Positions 12,508-20,551 of a DNA stretch of 29,470 bases are shown here, one piece after another. This stretch comes from a virus, in IMG/VR virus record IMGVR_UViG_3300007818_000003, positions 1 to 29,470 of that record. One strand, given 5' to 3'. A model generated the notes under the pieces. That model was not told where the DNA came from. It saw only the letters and a list, made by a program, of their open reading frames with translations, and did no database searches. The translations under genes and the position numbers were made by a program. The first letter of the stretch is position 1. Each line of letters begins with the position of its first letter.

Positions 12508-12857
12508 TCTTTTTTATCCTCCATTTGTTCTTCTTCCGCTTCAGGAATATTCACGCCACTCTTTTTAATAAGTTTAACCAAACCGTCAAACATAGGACTG
12601 ATTTTTGCGATTAAATAAACAAACTGTCCTACAAAGTATAGTAAACCTACATTAATTACAGTTTCAGCGATGTCTGATGTAGAGGGAGTTTGAGTAAAAA
12701 AGAATACTGCATATAAAACCCATAGAGAGAACACAACCGTTAAGTCAATTACAAGTCTACGCTTGAAAGGTGGATTCATTGCTTCTCTATCTTTAACCCA
12801 TGTAGCGAAAAGAATCGCTAAAATTAAGATAGTCATTAAAATCATTTTCGTTACCAT
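12504..12857 (-). CDS. Holin (three hydrophobic segments, charged C-terminus)
   Basis: 117 aa with TM-like stretches and an EAEEEQMEDKKE tail. Overlaps the endolysin start (ATGA). The N-terminus MVTKMILM offers two or three alternative starts. Confidence 0.85.
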   Translation of the reverse strand: MVTKMILMTILILAILFATWVKDREAMNPPFKRRLVIDLTVVFSLWVLYAVFFFTQTPSTSDIAETVINVGLLYFVGQFVYLIAKISPMFDGLVKLIKKSGVNIPEAEEEQMEDKKE

Positions 12858-12884
12858 TTTATTTTGCTTTCTAAATTATATTTA

Positions 12885-13727
12885 TCAATATTCCAATACG
12901 TGTTGTAGTGCGAATTGTTTTGAAGATGTGTTATTGTTTACCCCATGACCTGTGATTCGATTACCTTGCAAATATGCAAATTTAGTTACAACACCGCCGG
13001 TAGAATTAGCAAGAGCGAAAGAATGTCCTACATCAGCTAACTGTACTGATTCTTTAGGAATAAAGAACCACTGATTAAGTGAGTTTTTTGTATTTCCGTT
13101 CATACGTGATTTAAACTCTGTGAAGTGAAGAATCCAACCATTAGCGCAGTCTGAAATATTTTTAGAAACATTGACAACATCTCCGTCAAGTAACAACGAA
13201 GCACCAGAAAAAAGAATTCTTTTCGCTGGAGTTTTTAAGTTTCCAGTAAATTCTAAATCGCCTGTTCTAAGACTGTTAGAAGTTAAATCTCCCACAGTTG
13301 TTTTTTGAATAGGTGTTACACGGCTCGTCACTCCTAAACCATTAGTTGTAATGATGTCTACAACACGCTTATAAACCCCAGAATCATTGTTCAAGTCAAT
13401 TGTATTACTGTTATCTGCTGTTTCGCAAGATACGCTAACCGGTTCTGTCGTTTTCGTCAAATCAATATTAATGTGAATATAGTTTAATGAGTCAGCCTTA
13501 AGGGCTACGGTCTCATTAATCAATTCAAAGTAACGACCAGCCACAATGAAAGAAGTATTAACATATTGAACGTTTAAGGCTGTATTAACAGGAGAACTCC
13601 AGTCGGTACGCCTGAACGTTGTGTAGTCCATTCCTGATAACATCATGTAGAGTTTAGCGTCATTATTTGAACCTACTGGAAACTCTGTGCCATTTGGACT
13701 AAAGAATGTAAAGTTTTTAATTGTCAT
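12885..13727 (-). CDS. rbp: Receptor-binding protein (936-type)
   Basis: The N-terminal MTIKNFTFFSPNGTEFPVGSNNDAKLYMML..RYFEL closely matches what I recall of the shoulder domain of phage p2 ORF18. Last baseplate gene before the lysis cassette. Confidence 0.9.
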   Translation of the reverse strand: MTIKNFTFFSPNGTEFPVGSNNDAKLYMMLSGMDYTTFRRTDWSSPVNTALNVQYVNTSFIVAGRYFELINETVALKADSLNYIHINIDLTKTTEPVSVSCETADNSNTIDLNNDSGVYKRVVDIITTNGLGVTSRVTPIQKTTVGDLTSNSLRTGDLEFTGNLKTPAKRILFSGASLLLDGDVVNVSKNISDCANGWILHFTEFKSRMNGNTKNSLNQWFFIPKESVQLADVGHSFALANSTGGVVTKFAYLQGNRITGHGVNNNTSSKQFALQHVLEY

Positions 13728-14025
13728 TTTTGACCTTTCTTGAAATTATCTTTGCTTTATCCAAAACTGGGTTATCAGTAATTGATAGCTCTAATAATCT
13801 AAATTTTCTACCGCCATACGGATAACCACCAATTGATACAAATTGACCAACTTCATACAAGAGTGTAGTTTCGATTCTAAGCGTTTTTTTGCTATTATAG
13901 TATACTTTACCTGACAAAGTTTCTAAGTGGTCTTTACGAAGCTCTCTGTACCCTGTGAAGCTATCTATTCTATATTTGTCGCCATAAGTGGCTACATACT
14001 CATATAACATTCGGTTTGTCTCCAC
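13717..14025 (-). CDS. 102-aa conserved baseplate-region protein of unknown role (p2 ORF17 position)
   Basis: Track ORF between Tal and RBP. Overlaps both neighbours. Confidence 0.7.
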   Translation of the reverse strand: METNRMLYEYVATYGDKYRIDSFTGYRELRKDHLETLSGKVYYNSKKTLRIETTLLYEVGQFVSIGGYPYGGRKFRLLELSITDNPVLDKAKIISRKVKNDN

Positions 14026-15133
14026 TTTCTACAAAAATAAGCCTATCATTGAATTCTGTTTTAACTCTGTCTGCTATATATCCTGAATATAGTTTACCCT
14101 CATACCATATATCTACTAAGTCATTAACATACAAAGGCAAAAGTTCGTTTTGATTAAAGAATAACCTTGTGACGATCGTGGAGGGTGAAATTTCAGCTTT
14201 AATAGTAGATATATCTGGCGGGTTTCCGTGGTCATCTCTATCATAAAATAATGTTTTAGGTGTCCTTACTTCTGGCAAATCTGTTCCGTCTCCATGATAA
14301 GTAATATAATCTACAACATCTCCGTTATTTTTTGCTGTATACATTTTAGGATCGTCTGTGTAATCGCCAGTTGCTTTGTTTTTAATGAATACGACAGCAA
14401 AATTATGAGCTGAACGTTCTACTATTGTTTCCGTGTCCATTGCCACATTTTGCTTAACATCCACCCTTGTTGTGATTCTTTTTCTATTCCAGTTCCTTGA
14501 AGCAAAATTAATAAATAACAAGTTCCTGGGGTCTGTTTCAGATGAAGCATGCTGAATGGTTGTAGTTGGTTGGAATTGAACCTTGGAAAATATCCTTTTT
14601 GCTACGTCAGTAGCTGATGAAGTTTCTGCTTTACGGTTGATTGTAGCCTTTCCAGCAAAAATACTTGAATTGAAAAAGTAGCCATAACTCATTAAATCAT
14701 TCTTATTAGGGTCAATCAAATAGTCAATGATAGCGGAGTTTGTCGTTTTAGTTTTAGTTATTGTGTTCGGAACATCTAGGCTTTCAATCATTGCCCAAAA
14801 ATAGTTCTTTAACGTAGCTTTATTACTTTCATCTACATCTGTCACAAGGTAAACCATATCTAAATTCAGCTTTTTCTTTTTACCTAGAGCTTCCTCAATT
14901 GGAACAACTTCAGGAAAGAGAATTTGAACAATATCGCCAACTTCTACTGAAACGGTCAATGTAGCCGATGAAGTGTAAAGATAACCAGTCTCCCACAATT
15001 CATAGTCAATAACTTGACATCTTGCCTTTGGTATTGGTAGACCTCTTTTGACTTTTTTGCCGTTAGGAAGAGTAAAATCAGATATATTATAATAGTTAGG
15101 GTTAAAGTTATCATAAACGTTAGCTTCCAACAT
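14000..15133 (-). CDS. tal: Tail-associated lysin-position protein / baseplate Tal (p2 ORF16-like, 377 aa)
   Basis: Size and position immediately after Dit. ATG overlaps the Dit stop. Confidence 0.8.
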   Translation of the reverse strand: MLEANVYDNFNPNYYNISDFTLPNGKKVKRGLPIPKARCQVIDYELWETGYLYTSSATLTVSVEVGDIVQILFPEVVPIEEALGKKKKLNLDMVYLVTDVDESNKATLKNYFWAMIESLDVPNTITKTKTTNSAIIDYLIDPNKNDLMSYGYFFNSSIFAGKATINRKAETSSATDVAKRIFSKVQFQPTTTIQHASSETDPRNLLFINFASRNWNRKRITTRVDVKQNVAMDTETIVERSAHNFAVVFIKNKATGDYTDDPKMYTAKNNGDVVDYITYHGDGTDLPEVRTPKTLFYDRDDHGNPPDISTIKAEISPSTIVTRLFFNQNELLPLYVNDLVDIWYEGKLYSGYIADRVKTEFNDRLIFVESGDKPNVI

Positions 15134-15723
15134 TAAACGAAGTCCGCCTTTCTCTTGATTTTAAATTCTGCCTTAGTTAAATTGATTAGCTCCATTTGGC
15201 CTTTTTTAATTATACGAGTTCTGTATCTCTCGAAGTCCATTACAGGGAATAGATTTAATGGAGTTGTACCGTTCCACCCTTGATAAATTTCATCATTTAC
15301 ATCTGTATTAATTAAAATATAATTCTGTACCTGTTCCGTCTTAAATACAATAGCAGTATATTCGTTTCCAATATCATCTAAAAACCTAACTCCAGTAGGT
15401 GTTTTAGGAAGTTGCGGATATAATATCCCCATAAAACTAAATATTTCATCTTTTATGTCCCAGCGACTTAATCGTTCTATATTTGATTCTCCATAATAAG
15501 TGTAAGAAATTCCTTCGACATACTTATAGTGTCCTGGTGCTGTTCCACCATAAATTTTAGATTTACCAGCGATGACTTTACCGTTTTGAATTTTTTCCAA
15601 AGTTAAGGTTTCGTAAGTGTACCACTTTGTAATTATATCAAAAGTTATTTTTTCGCTAAAAGTTCCGTTTTTGCCATATCCTTCTGTCTTTGTGACATCT
15701 GCTAAAGCTAAATCGGCATACAC
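15133..15723 (-). CDS. dit: Distal tail protein (Dit), C-terminal fragment (196 aa as tracked, GTG start artefact)
   Basis: Together with 15708-16028 it sums to about 300 aa, the size of an intact 936 Dit. No SD. Its frame is open upstream to 15765. Confidence 0.75.
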   Translation of the reverse strand: MYADLALADVTKTEGYGKNGTFSEKITFDIITKWYTYETLTLEKIQNGKVIAGKSKIYGGTAPGHYKYVEGISYTYYGESNIERLSRWDIKDEIFSFMGILYPQLPKTPTGVRFLDDIGNEYTAIVFKTEQVQNYILINTDVNDEIYQGWNGTTPLNLFPVMDFERYRTRIIKKGQMELINLTKAEFKIKRKADFV

Positions 15724-16028
15724 CTGAAAAATCTCTGTTTGATATTCAGTGTAACAAATCTTTGGTTAAGAATATCGTTTATGAAGTCTTTCATTAGTTG
15801 ATAGTTTTCTTCTAAACTTTCTCCAAACGTTTCTAGCTTAAACTCTATTTGAGGTTGAGTAATTGAGCGTGTTCCCATTACTCCGACACCGTTACTTTGC
15901 CAAATATTATTAGTTGATTGTAACCCTAAATTAGAGGGCTGATAAAATCTAACTTTTCCATTTGTAACGTCCCAAACTTTATCACCTGCTCCATCTAAGT
16001 TGGTGTGTATTTTGTACTGTCTTACCAT
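15708..16028 (-). CDS. dit: Distal tail protein (Dit), N-terminal fragment (106 aa)
   Basis: Starts at the TMP stop (MVRQYKIHTNLDG...). Terminates prematurely after ..FVTLNIKQRFFRCMPI, overlapping the next frame. Confidence 0.75.
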   Translation of the reverse strand: MVRQYKIHTNLDGAGDKVWDVTNGKVRFYQPSNLGLQSTNNIWQSNGVGVMGTRSITQPQIEFKLETFGESLEENYQLMKDFINDILNQRFVTLNIKQRFFRCMPI

Positions 16029-18778
16029 TAAGCTCTCCCTAGTTCAAATTCTCGTCTGATTGCACGCGCTAAGTTAGAAACATCTTGACCAGCACCGCCT
16101 TGCACGTTGAATGTGTTATATATTCTATTGTCGCTTGATACGCTGTTCGTACTCAAACCGTAACCGCTAGAAGATAAATTAACATCTGTTAAGCCCACTA
16201 CCATAGAGCCTTTGAATAGTCCGCCAAGTTTACCAGCGATACCATTAATAGCTCCTGATATATTGTTAATTGTATTTGTTACACCACCTAGAACGCTGTT
16301 TATCGTGCTACTGATCCCGCCGAATAGTCCGCTAAAGAAACTACCAAGCCCACTGAATACTCCTATTATTGCATTATAAGCATTAGAAGCGAACCCAGCA
16401 AAGGCGCTGAATGCTCCACTAACTGCATTTCTAGCACCATTGAACACTCCACTAAAGAAGCTAGCGACTCCGCTAAATACACCTGAAATCCTTGACCATG
16501 CGTTAGAAGCAAAGCCACCAAGAGAACTGAATACTCCACTTACTACACCACGAACAGCGTTGAATATGCCACTAAAGAAACCAGCTGCTGCACTCCATAT
16601 TGAGCGAACTACTCCCCAAGCACTAGAAGCAAAACTTCCGATCGCGCTAAATACTGACGAAACTACTGAACTAACAGCGTTAAATATTCCACCAAAGAAA
16701 CCTGATAGGCCTTTCCATGCACCGATAACTAACTGGTAAGCACCGCGAATAATAGCCAAGATAAGTTGAAAAGCTACATTAATAATTGATCCTATTAGGT
16801 TAAATATAGATTGATAAAAACTAATTAATGGTTGGAAAGTTGTGACGAACCAGTTATAAGCGTCTGTTACTGCACTAGCTATTGTAGCGAAAACATTAGT
16901 TATAATCGTCACTATTCCATTCCATAAGCCACTAAAAAATTCTGTTATTCCGTTCCATATGGTTTTTGTACCCTCGACTGTGGAAGTCCATAACTCACTA
17001 AACCAAGTACCTAAACCAGTAAAGAACTGTTTAATAGCTTCAATTGACTGCGATAAGAAGTCCACAAAACTAGCCCAAACCTTTTTACCTGTTTCGGTTT
17101 GAGTGAAGAAATAAACTAAACCAGCAACAATAGCTGCGATAGCTATACCAAGAGCTACGAATGGATTTATAGCCATTATAGCATTGAACCCTTTTTGTAT
17201 AGCTGTTCCAATTCTAACTATGTTATTATATATCTCGAAAGCCTTAATGATTCCATTAATAACTTTCAAAGCAACGAATGCACTAGCCAAAGCAACTAAA
17301 GCTACCTTTATATTATCCATTGCGCTTTTACTTTCACTAATTTTTTTAAGAAAATCAGCTATTTTTTTCGTAACTTCTGAAAATTTACCAGCAAATACAG
17401 CTATGCTCTTTGCTACGTTATCTATACTTGTTGCGTTTTTCGTTGTTTCTTTATTTATTCCGAGAAATGAATTGATAACATTCGCTATAATAGAAACTAT
17501 GGAATCAAATGCACTTTTTATGTTATCCCAAGCCTCTAAAAAGGCTAAAGTAGCTGCATTTTCTTGAAGTTTTTGAAACAAGTCTTGGAAATACTTAACT
17601 ACATTTGATACAGATTTACCAGCACTTTCGCCCCAACCTGCCATTTTATCAATCAAAGCACTAATGATAGGAGTTAAAGCGTCAAGCGTAGGAAGTAATG
17701 CAAGCGACAATGTTTCGTTAAAACTATCCCAAGCGTCGCTAATTGTCGTTACTCCGTCACCACCTGCTTTACCGAGCTTTTGCATAGCTTTGTCTAGCAT
17801 TTCAACAGATACTGCGCCATTTTCACTAGCTTCAGCAAATGAGGCATATTGTTTCAAAGCTGGGTTCATTTCCATAACGGTTGATTTAAGAGCTGAACCA
17901 AGAGCTGTGTTATTATCTGTTAGCTGATTGATATTTTCAGCGGTAACTTTACCACTTGCTGACATCTGACCGTAAGCCTGAACTACACCTTTTAATTGTT
18001 CGCCAGTACCACCAAATGCTTGGTTAGCTTTTACTAATGCTTCTGTTTTATCGACCGCTTTTTCAGCAGTATCGCCTAAACCAATAAAGGTTGTTGAAAG
18101 TTTTAAAGTATCTTCGGTATTTGCATTTGTAGCTTTAGCGAGCTTCTGCATAGATTTGCTTACATAGTCAAAGTCTTGTCCATTGCCTTTGAACTTCATT
18201 GTGTTTTGCAATGAAATCATGGCTTTTTGAGTATCCATTGCGTCAGATACCCAACCTTTTAAGCCATTGCCAACAGCACTAACAGCACTAGCACCAATTT
18301 GCCTAAATGCACCAACAGCAATCTCTCTAAGACCGCTAAAACGTGACTTCATGCCGTCAATTCCGCTATTAACGCCCTTAGTATCCATTTTAGCTTCAAT
18401 GTTCCAAGAGCCTGAACTAATAGCACTCTCGACTTGCCTAATTTCGCTCTCTAGCCTGTTAGCTTGTGTTTCTGCTGTGCCTAAATCTCTAGTAAGCTGT
18501 AACCATTTCTTTTGACCTGCTGGCGTGCTTTTATCAACCGTAGAAAGTTCTTCTTTTAATTTTGTTGCTTTGTCACGTGATAAGCCCAACTGCGTTTGTA
18601 AGTTCTTTTGCAATTGCGCCATTTTCCCGGTATTTGTGGGGTCAAGTTTTAGAGCTTCACGTAAGTTTTTAGCTTCTCCTCTAAGCCCTGACATTGCGGT
18701 ATTAACGCCTTTAAGTGAGTTCTCGAATTTCGTGGTATTACCGTATATCTCGACCTCAAATGTTGCATTACTTGCCAT
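16028..18778 (-). CDS. tmp: Tape measure protein (916 aa)
   Basis: Largest ORF. Coiled-coil N-terminus, central hydrophobic segments, Gly/Ser/Phe-rich repeats. Position between the chaperone-position ORFs and Dit. Confidence 0.92.
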   Translation of the reverse strand: MASNATFEVEIYGNTTKFENSLKGVNTAMSGLRGEAKNLREALKLDPTNTGKMAQLQKNLQTQLGLSRDKATKLKEELSTVDKSTPAGQKKWLQLTRDLGTAETQANRLESEIRQVESAISSGSWNIEAKMDTKGVNSGIDGMKSRFSGLREIAVGAFRQIGASAVSAVGNGLKGWVSDAMDTQKAMISLQNTMKFKGNGQDFDYVSKSMQKLAKATNANTEDTLKLSTTFIGLGDTAEKAVDKTEALVKANQAFGGTGEQLKGVVQAYGQMSASGKVTAENINQLTDNNTALGSALKSTVMEMNPALKQYASFAEASENGAVSVEMLDKAMQKLGKAGGDGVTTISDAWDSFNETLSLALLPTLDALTPIISALIDKMAGWGESAGKSVSNVVKYFQDLFQKLQENAATLAFLEAWDNIKSAFDSIVSIIANVINSFLGINKETTKNATSIDNVAKSIAVFAGKFSEVTKKIADFLKKISESKSAMDNIKVALVALASAFVALKVINGIIKAFEIYNNIVRIGTAIQKGFNAIMAINPFVALGIAIAAIVAGLVYFFTQTETGKKVWASFVDFLSQSIEAIKQFFTGLGTWFSELWTSTVEGTKTIWNGITEFFSGLWNGIVTIITNVFATIASAVTDAYNWFVTTFQPLISFYQSIFNLIGSIINVAFQLILAIIRGAYQLVIGAWKGLSGFFGGIFNAVSSVVSSVFSAIGSFASSAWGVVRSIWSAAAGFFSGIFNAVRGVVSGVFSSLGGFASNAWSRISGVFSGVASFFSGVFNGARNAVSGAFSAFAGFASNAYNAIIGVFSGLGSFFSGLFGGISSTINSVLGGVTNTINNISGAINGIAGKLGGLFKGSMVVGLTDVNLSSSGYGLSTNSVSSDNRIYNTFNVQGGAGQDVSNLARAIRREFELGRA
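16289..16711 (-). repeat. About 3.3 tandem ~40-aa repeats inside the TMP (FF(S/G)GIFNAV..VVSGVFS..G.FAS.AW...)
   Basis: Read from the translation, aa ~690-830. Confidence 0.8.
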
Positions 18779-19290
18779 TACATACCCTTTCTTTTACGCC
18801 TTTTCTCTTTTTCTTTTTCCTCTTTCTTCTTCTCTGCAATAAGTTCAATTAATTTATAAACAAGTTCTAGTTCCATTTCCATGAACTGTGTTATATCAAT
18901 TTCGTTATTGCCTAAAACAGTCAAAAGTTCCAAAGTTTTATTTTCCTTTACAGTATCTTTCTTTTTCTTAATCAATGAACTAGAAGAAAAGAAGACCATT
19001 TCGTCTTCCGTTTCCTCTTTTTCTTGAATAAAAATAGTTTTACAGAAGATGTTAATTAACTCGTTAGTCGTAGGAAGCTCTGTTTTATCGTCTAAGGCGT
19101 TTTGCAGTCCTCCGTTACAATCTACCCAAAGTATCAACAACTTGTCTGTAAAGCTCTCCATTCGCTCTGTAAAGTCATCAGGAATATATCCAGCGACAAA
19201 AGAATTTTGTAGGTCTGCAAAGTCTTTCAAATCTGTAATAAAGTCCGAACCAGTTAGCTCTAAGTATCTAATTGCATGTTTTAAAATCAT
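18778..19290 (-). CDS. 170-aa acidic protein in the tail-assembly-chaperone position
   Basis: Immediately upstream of the TMP (TAATG overlap). Own SD gaaagga. Confidence 0.6.
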   Translation of the reverse strand: MILKHAIRYLELTGSDFITDLKDFADLQNSFVAGYIPDDFTERMESFTDKLLILWVDCNGGLQNALDDKTELPTTNELINIFCKTIFIQEKEETEDEMVFFSSSSLIKKKKDTVKENKTLELLTVLGNNEIDITQFMEMELELVYKLIELIAEKKKEEKEKEKRRKRKGM

Positions 19291-19309
19291 TTACAGTCCT
19301 TTCAGCTCA

Positions 19310-19585
19310 TTAAATTTCTTTCTGCCACAGTTCGACCAGTTCTTTAAGCCCTTTACCGTCAGTATCGAACTCAAAGCTAGAGCGAAAGTCTGAAAAGTCA
19401 CTTTTAGCTTTTACAATGTTATCTTGAAAAAGAGCCAAGTATAGACCATATTGAACGAACTCCATTACATCAGTAATTTCTCCGTCTTCTTTTTTAAGCT
19501 CTGTATCCATTGCTTTTTGTTGCTGGAAAAGGTCTTTACCTGTAATCATTTTAAATTTACGTGCTGTGCTTAATTGTTTTGCCAT
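19310..19585 (-). CDS. 91-aa protein in the tail-assembly-chaperone position
   Basis: Lies between the MTP and the 170-aa ORF. Confidence 0.6.
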   Translation of the reverse strand: MAKQLSTARKFKMITGKDLFQQQKAMDTELKKEDGEITDVMEFVQYGLYLALFQDNIVKAKSDFSDFRSSFEFDTDGKGLKELVELWQKEI

Positions 19586-19623
19586 TTTATTTTATATTCC
19601 TTTACTTAGTTATTTTTTTAGTC

Positions 19624-20529
19624 TTATGAATGGTCAGTTACTGAAACTCCTGTGGTAACATCTTCATAACCGTCAGCGGAGAACGTTACGAGATGTACAC
19701 CGGGCGCAAGGTGTCCATTTGTTTCTACTTTTCCTTGTGCGTCTTTAATCACTGATGTTACTTTTATAGTTCCACCCTTAGAATCTTTCAAAGTGTCAGG
19801 CACTACGATTGTTCCGTCATTATTACCCTTTGTAGCAGTAGTTACATTAGGAATAACAGGAGCTACAAGTGTAATTGCACCAGCTAGAACTGTATCAGGT
19901 TGCATAATGAACAGTCCGCTTTCCATTTTCTTAGCAAAGTCTTTAGCTTGTTCTCCCCAAATTTCGTACTCAATAGCAGGGACTTTTTTATTTCCATTCA
20001 AATAAATATCTGAATCAGTTGCTTGTACTGCCAAAGTCCATTGAATAGGGTCTACACCGTCTACTGAATCTGTTTCTGATTCTTTTGTAGCTTCTGCTGT
20101 TGGTCTCAAATTTGGATAAACGACTACACGGTAACCGTCAATAAACTCTCCTGTAACTTTATCACGTTTGCGCCCTTTAATAAGATACTGAACGCATTTC
20201 GTTTTCCAATTACCAGTAGGAGACCAACCCAAGCCATTTGCTGTTCTTTGTTGACCTAAAATGTCTTCTTTAAGCGCTTGGTCTGTTTGAATGAATACCA
20301 TTTCGCCTTGAAGTAAGGTAGCGCCTTTTTTAACTCCATGGTCTGGCACGTCATCAGCTGGATAGCTATTGGTTTCCGCTTGGTCTTCCATTTCGCCAAC
20401 TGATACTAAACCAGTTACAATTTTATGGTTAGTGAACTCTGGTTTTCCGTTACTCCCCTTTGACATATCAGCTACGATTAGAGCTTCATTACCAAAGAAA
20501 ATCTCGCGTGAGTTATAATCTAATTTCAT
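19624..20529 (-). CDS. mtp: Major tail protein (301 aa) with a C-terminal Ig-like decoration domain
   Basis: Size identical to the 936-type MTP. The C-terminal ..KVTSVIKDAQGKVETNGHLAPGVHLVTFSADGYEDVTTGVSV is Big_2-like. Confidence 0.88.
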   Translation of the reverse strand: MKLDYNSREIFFGNEALIVADMSKGSNGKPEFTNHKIVTGLVSVGEMEDQAETNSYPADDVPDHGVKKGATLLQGEMVFIQTDQALKEDILGQQRTANGLGWSPTGNWKTKCVQYLIKGRKRDKVTGEFIDGYRVVVYPNLRPTAEATKESETDSVDGVDPIQWTLAVQATDSDIYLNGNKKVPAIEYEIWGEQAKDFAKKMESGLFIMQPDTVLAGAITLVAPVIPNVTTATKGNNDGTIVVPDTLKDSKGGTIKVTSVIKDAQGKVETNGHLAPGVHLVTFSADGYEDVTTGVSVTDHS

Positions 20530-20551
20530 TTTTTATTTTCCTTTTTATTTT

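Noticed and set aside
18778-19585. Canonical gpG/gpGT -1 programmed frameshift between the two ORFs in the chaperone position
   Set aside because: The ORFs are separated by 19 nt. The downstream ORF has its own SD and an in-frame stop (taa) immediately before its ATG. No slippery heptamer lies near the end of the upstream ORF.
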